From Candidatus Rokuibacteriota bacterium (lineage in GTDB: Bacteria; Methylomirabilota; Methylomirabilia; Rokubacteriales; CSP1-6): DNA of 64,000 bases. Where the stretch lies: assembly GCA_003220315.1 (NCBI GenBank), contig QHSA01000133.1:14843-78842 (forward strand), read 5' to 3'. The notes under the pieces were generated by a model. It worked only from the letters and a program-made list of their open reading frames with translations. It had not been told where the DNA came from and made no database searches. The position numbers and the translations under genes are program-made. This document shows, piece by piece, positions 63,305 through 64,000 of this stretch. Position 1 is the stretch's first letter. Every line of letters starts with the position of its first letter.

Positions 63305-64000
63305 CGCGACGGCGCGTCGCCTCGCGCGCGGCGAAGCATCTCGATCAGCACCTCACGGCTCTCACCCGCAGTCCGCACCTCGCGCGGGAAGGCGATGCGC
63401 ACGCTCGAGAGGCGATCGCCCCGGCGCACGCGCAGCTTGAAGCCGAGGCGGTCGACCGCGACCATCGTCGCCGCGTCGGCCTCCTCGCCCGCGTAGAGGC
63501 GCGCATAAGCGACCAGCGCGTCGGCGTGGTCGCGGTTCATGTGCTCCACGATCCCGTCTGCGACGTCGGCGAGCGGATCGGGCGCCGCCGCAAAGTAGGC
63601 CGCCGCGGACACCCAATCCATCGCCGCGAAGCCGCCGACGAAGTAGAGGTCCGTGACCTCGAGGCGCCAGAACGCAAAATCCTCGAAGTCCACCCAGTAC
63701 GCGGCCCGCGCGTGGCGCGCGAGATAGGCGGCGCGCGCCGCGCTCACCTCCGCCGGCGGCACGACGCGCGCGTCGCCCATCAGCGTGAGGCGCGCGCGGG
63801 CGAGCGGGTCGTCCGATTCTTCACGCTGGGGGCCCAGGCCGGGCTGGGTCACGAGGAGGCTCGCGCGCGGGTCGGCCTGGAGGTTCTGGGTGTGCATGGC
63901 CATCGAGCTGATCAGGACGGCCGGCCGCCCGGCGTCATCGAGCGCGTACGGCATGACCGATGCGAACGGGTGGCCGGGGTGCCGCCGCGAGAGCGTCGCG
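63301..64000 (-). CDS. Pyridoxamine-5'-phosphate-oxidase-like FMN-binding / HugZ-family protein, 5' end beyond window
   Basis: Frame is open to the window edge (…HPGHPFASVMPYALDDAGRPAVLISSMAMHTQNL… is the conserved split-barrel region); C-terminal DUF2470-like part. Confidence 0.7.
   Translation of the reverse strand, partial: ATLSRRHPGHPFASVMPYALDDAGRPAVLISSMAMHTQNLQADPRASLLVTQPGLGPQREESDDPLARARLTLMGDARVVPPAEVSAARAAYLARHARAAYWVDFEDFAFWRLEVTDLYFVGGFAAMDWVSAAAYFAAAPDPLADVADGIVEHMNRDHADALVAYARLYAGEEADAATMVAVDRLGFKLRVRRGDRLSSVRIAFPREVRTAGESREVLIEMLRRARGDAPSR

Overview
High-GC (~70%) bacterial chromosomal segment with very high coding density, mostly on the minus strand. From ~6.5 kb to ~34.2 kb the genes form a near-continuous minus-strand polycistronic supercluster whose adjacent genes are joined by 4-nt start/stop overlaps (ATGA or GTGA). 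Content: two branched-chain amino-acid ABC transporter sets (livHMGF plus three LivJ/K-type binding proteins, two of them tandem paralogs); acyl-CoA metabolism genes (four acyl-CoA dehydrogenases, two family-III CoA-transferases, PaaK-like ligase, thiolase, two 3-hydroxyacyl-CoA dehydrogenases, MaoC dehydratase, DUF35, enoyl-CoA hydratase); a split B12-dependent acyl-CoA mutase; hydantoinase/oxoprolinase hyuAB with a GntR regulator; a molybdopterin hydroxylase large subunit; and a VapBC toxin-antitoxin pair. On the plus strand: GT2 glycosyltransferase, formamidase and a ZnuAB-like metal uptake pair. The distal 20 kb holds housekeeping and sensory genes: Apt, HAD, DUF72, a lytic transglycosylase, pterin-carbinolamine dehydratase, a zinc-ribbon/adenylate-cyclase/AAA/TPR STAND protein, SorA-like sulfite oxidase with cytochrome c, an ECF sigma factor coupled to an Ogt/Ada-Zn fusion, an XPD/DinG-like helicase, a TcuA-like flavoprotein and a YeeE/YedE transporter. 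No rRNA, tRNA, CRISPR array or transposase was found. Main finding: three interspersed intergenic repeat families (R1 ~86 bp, R2 ~44 bp, R3 ~92 bp hairpin element with a 10-bp target duplication nested inside R1). R1 and R2 copies sit at gene junctions inside minus-strand operons and are built as chained mini-ORFs whose starts and stops overlap the flanking genes (ATGA/GTGA/TGATG/TAATG). This includes a 6-7x tandem array of 15-codon mini-ORFs between a thiolase and a dehydrogenase gene. This looks like an undescribed class of translational-coupling relay repeat. An internally deleted amidohydrolase and a decayed hotdog thioesterase are probable pseudogenes.
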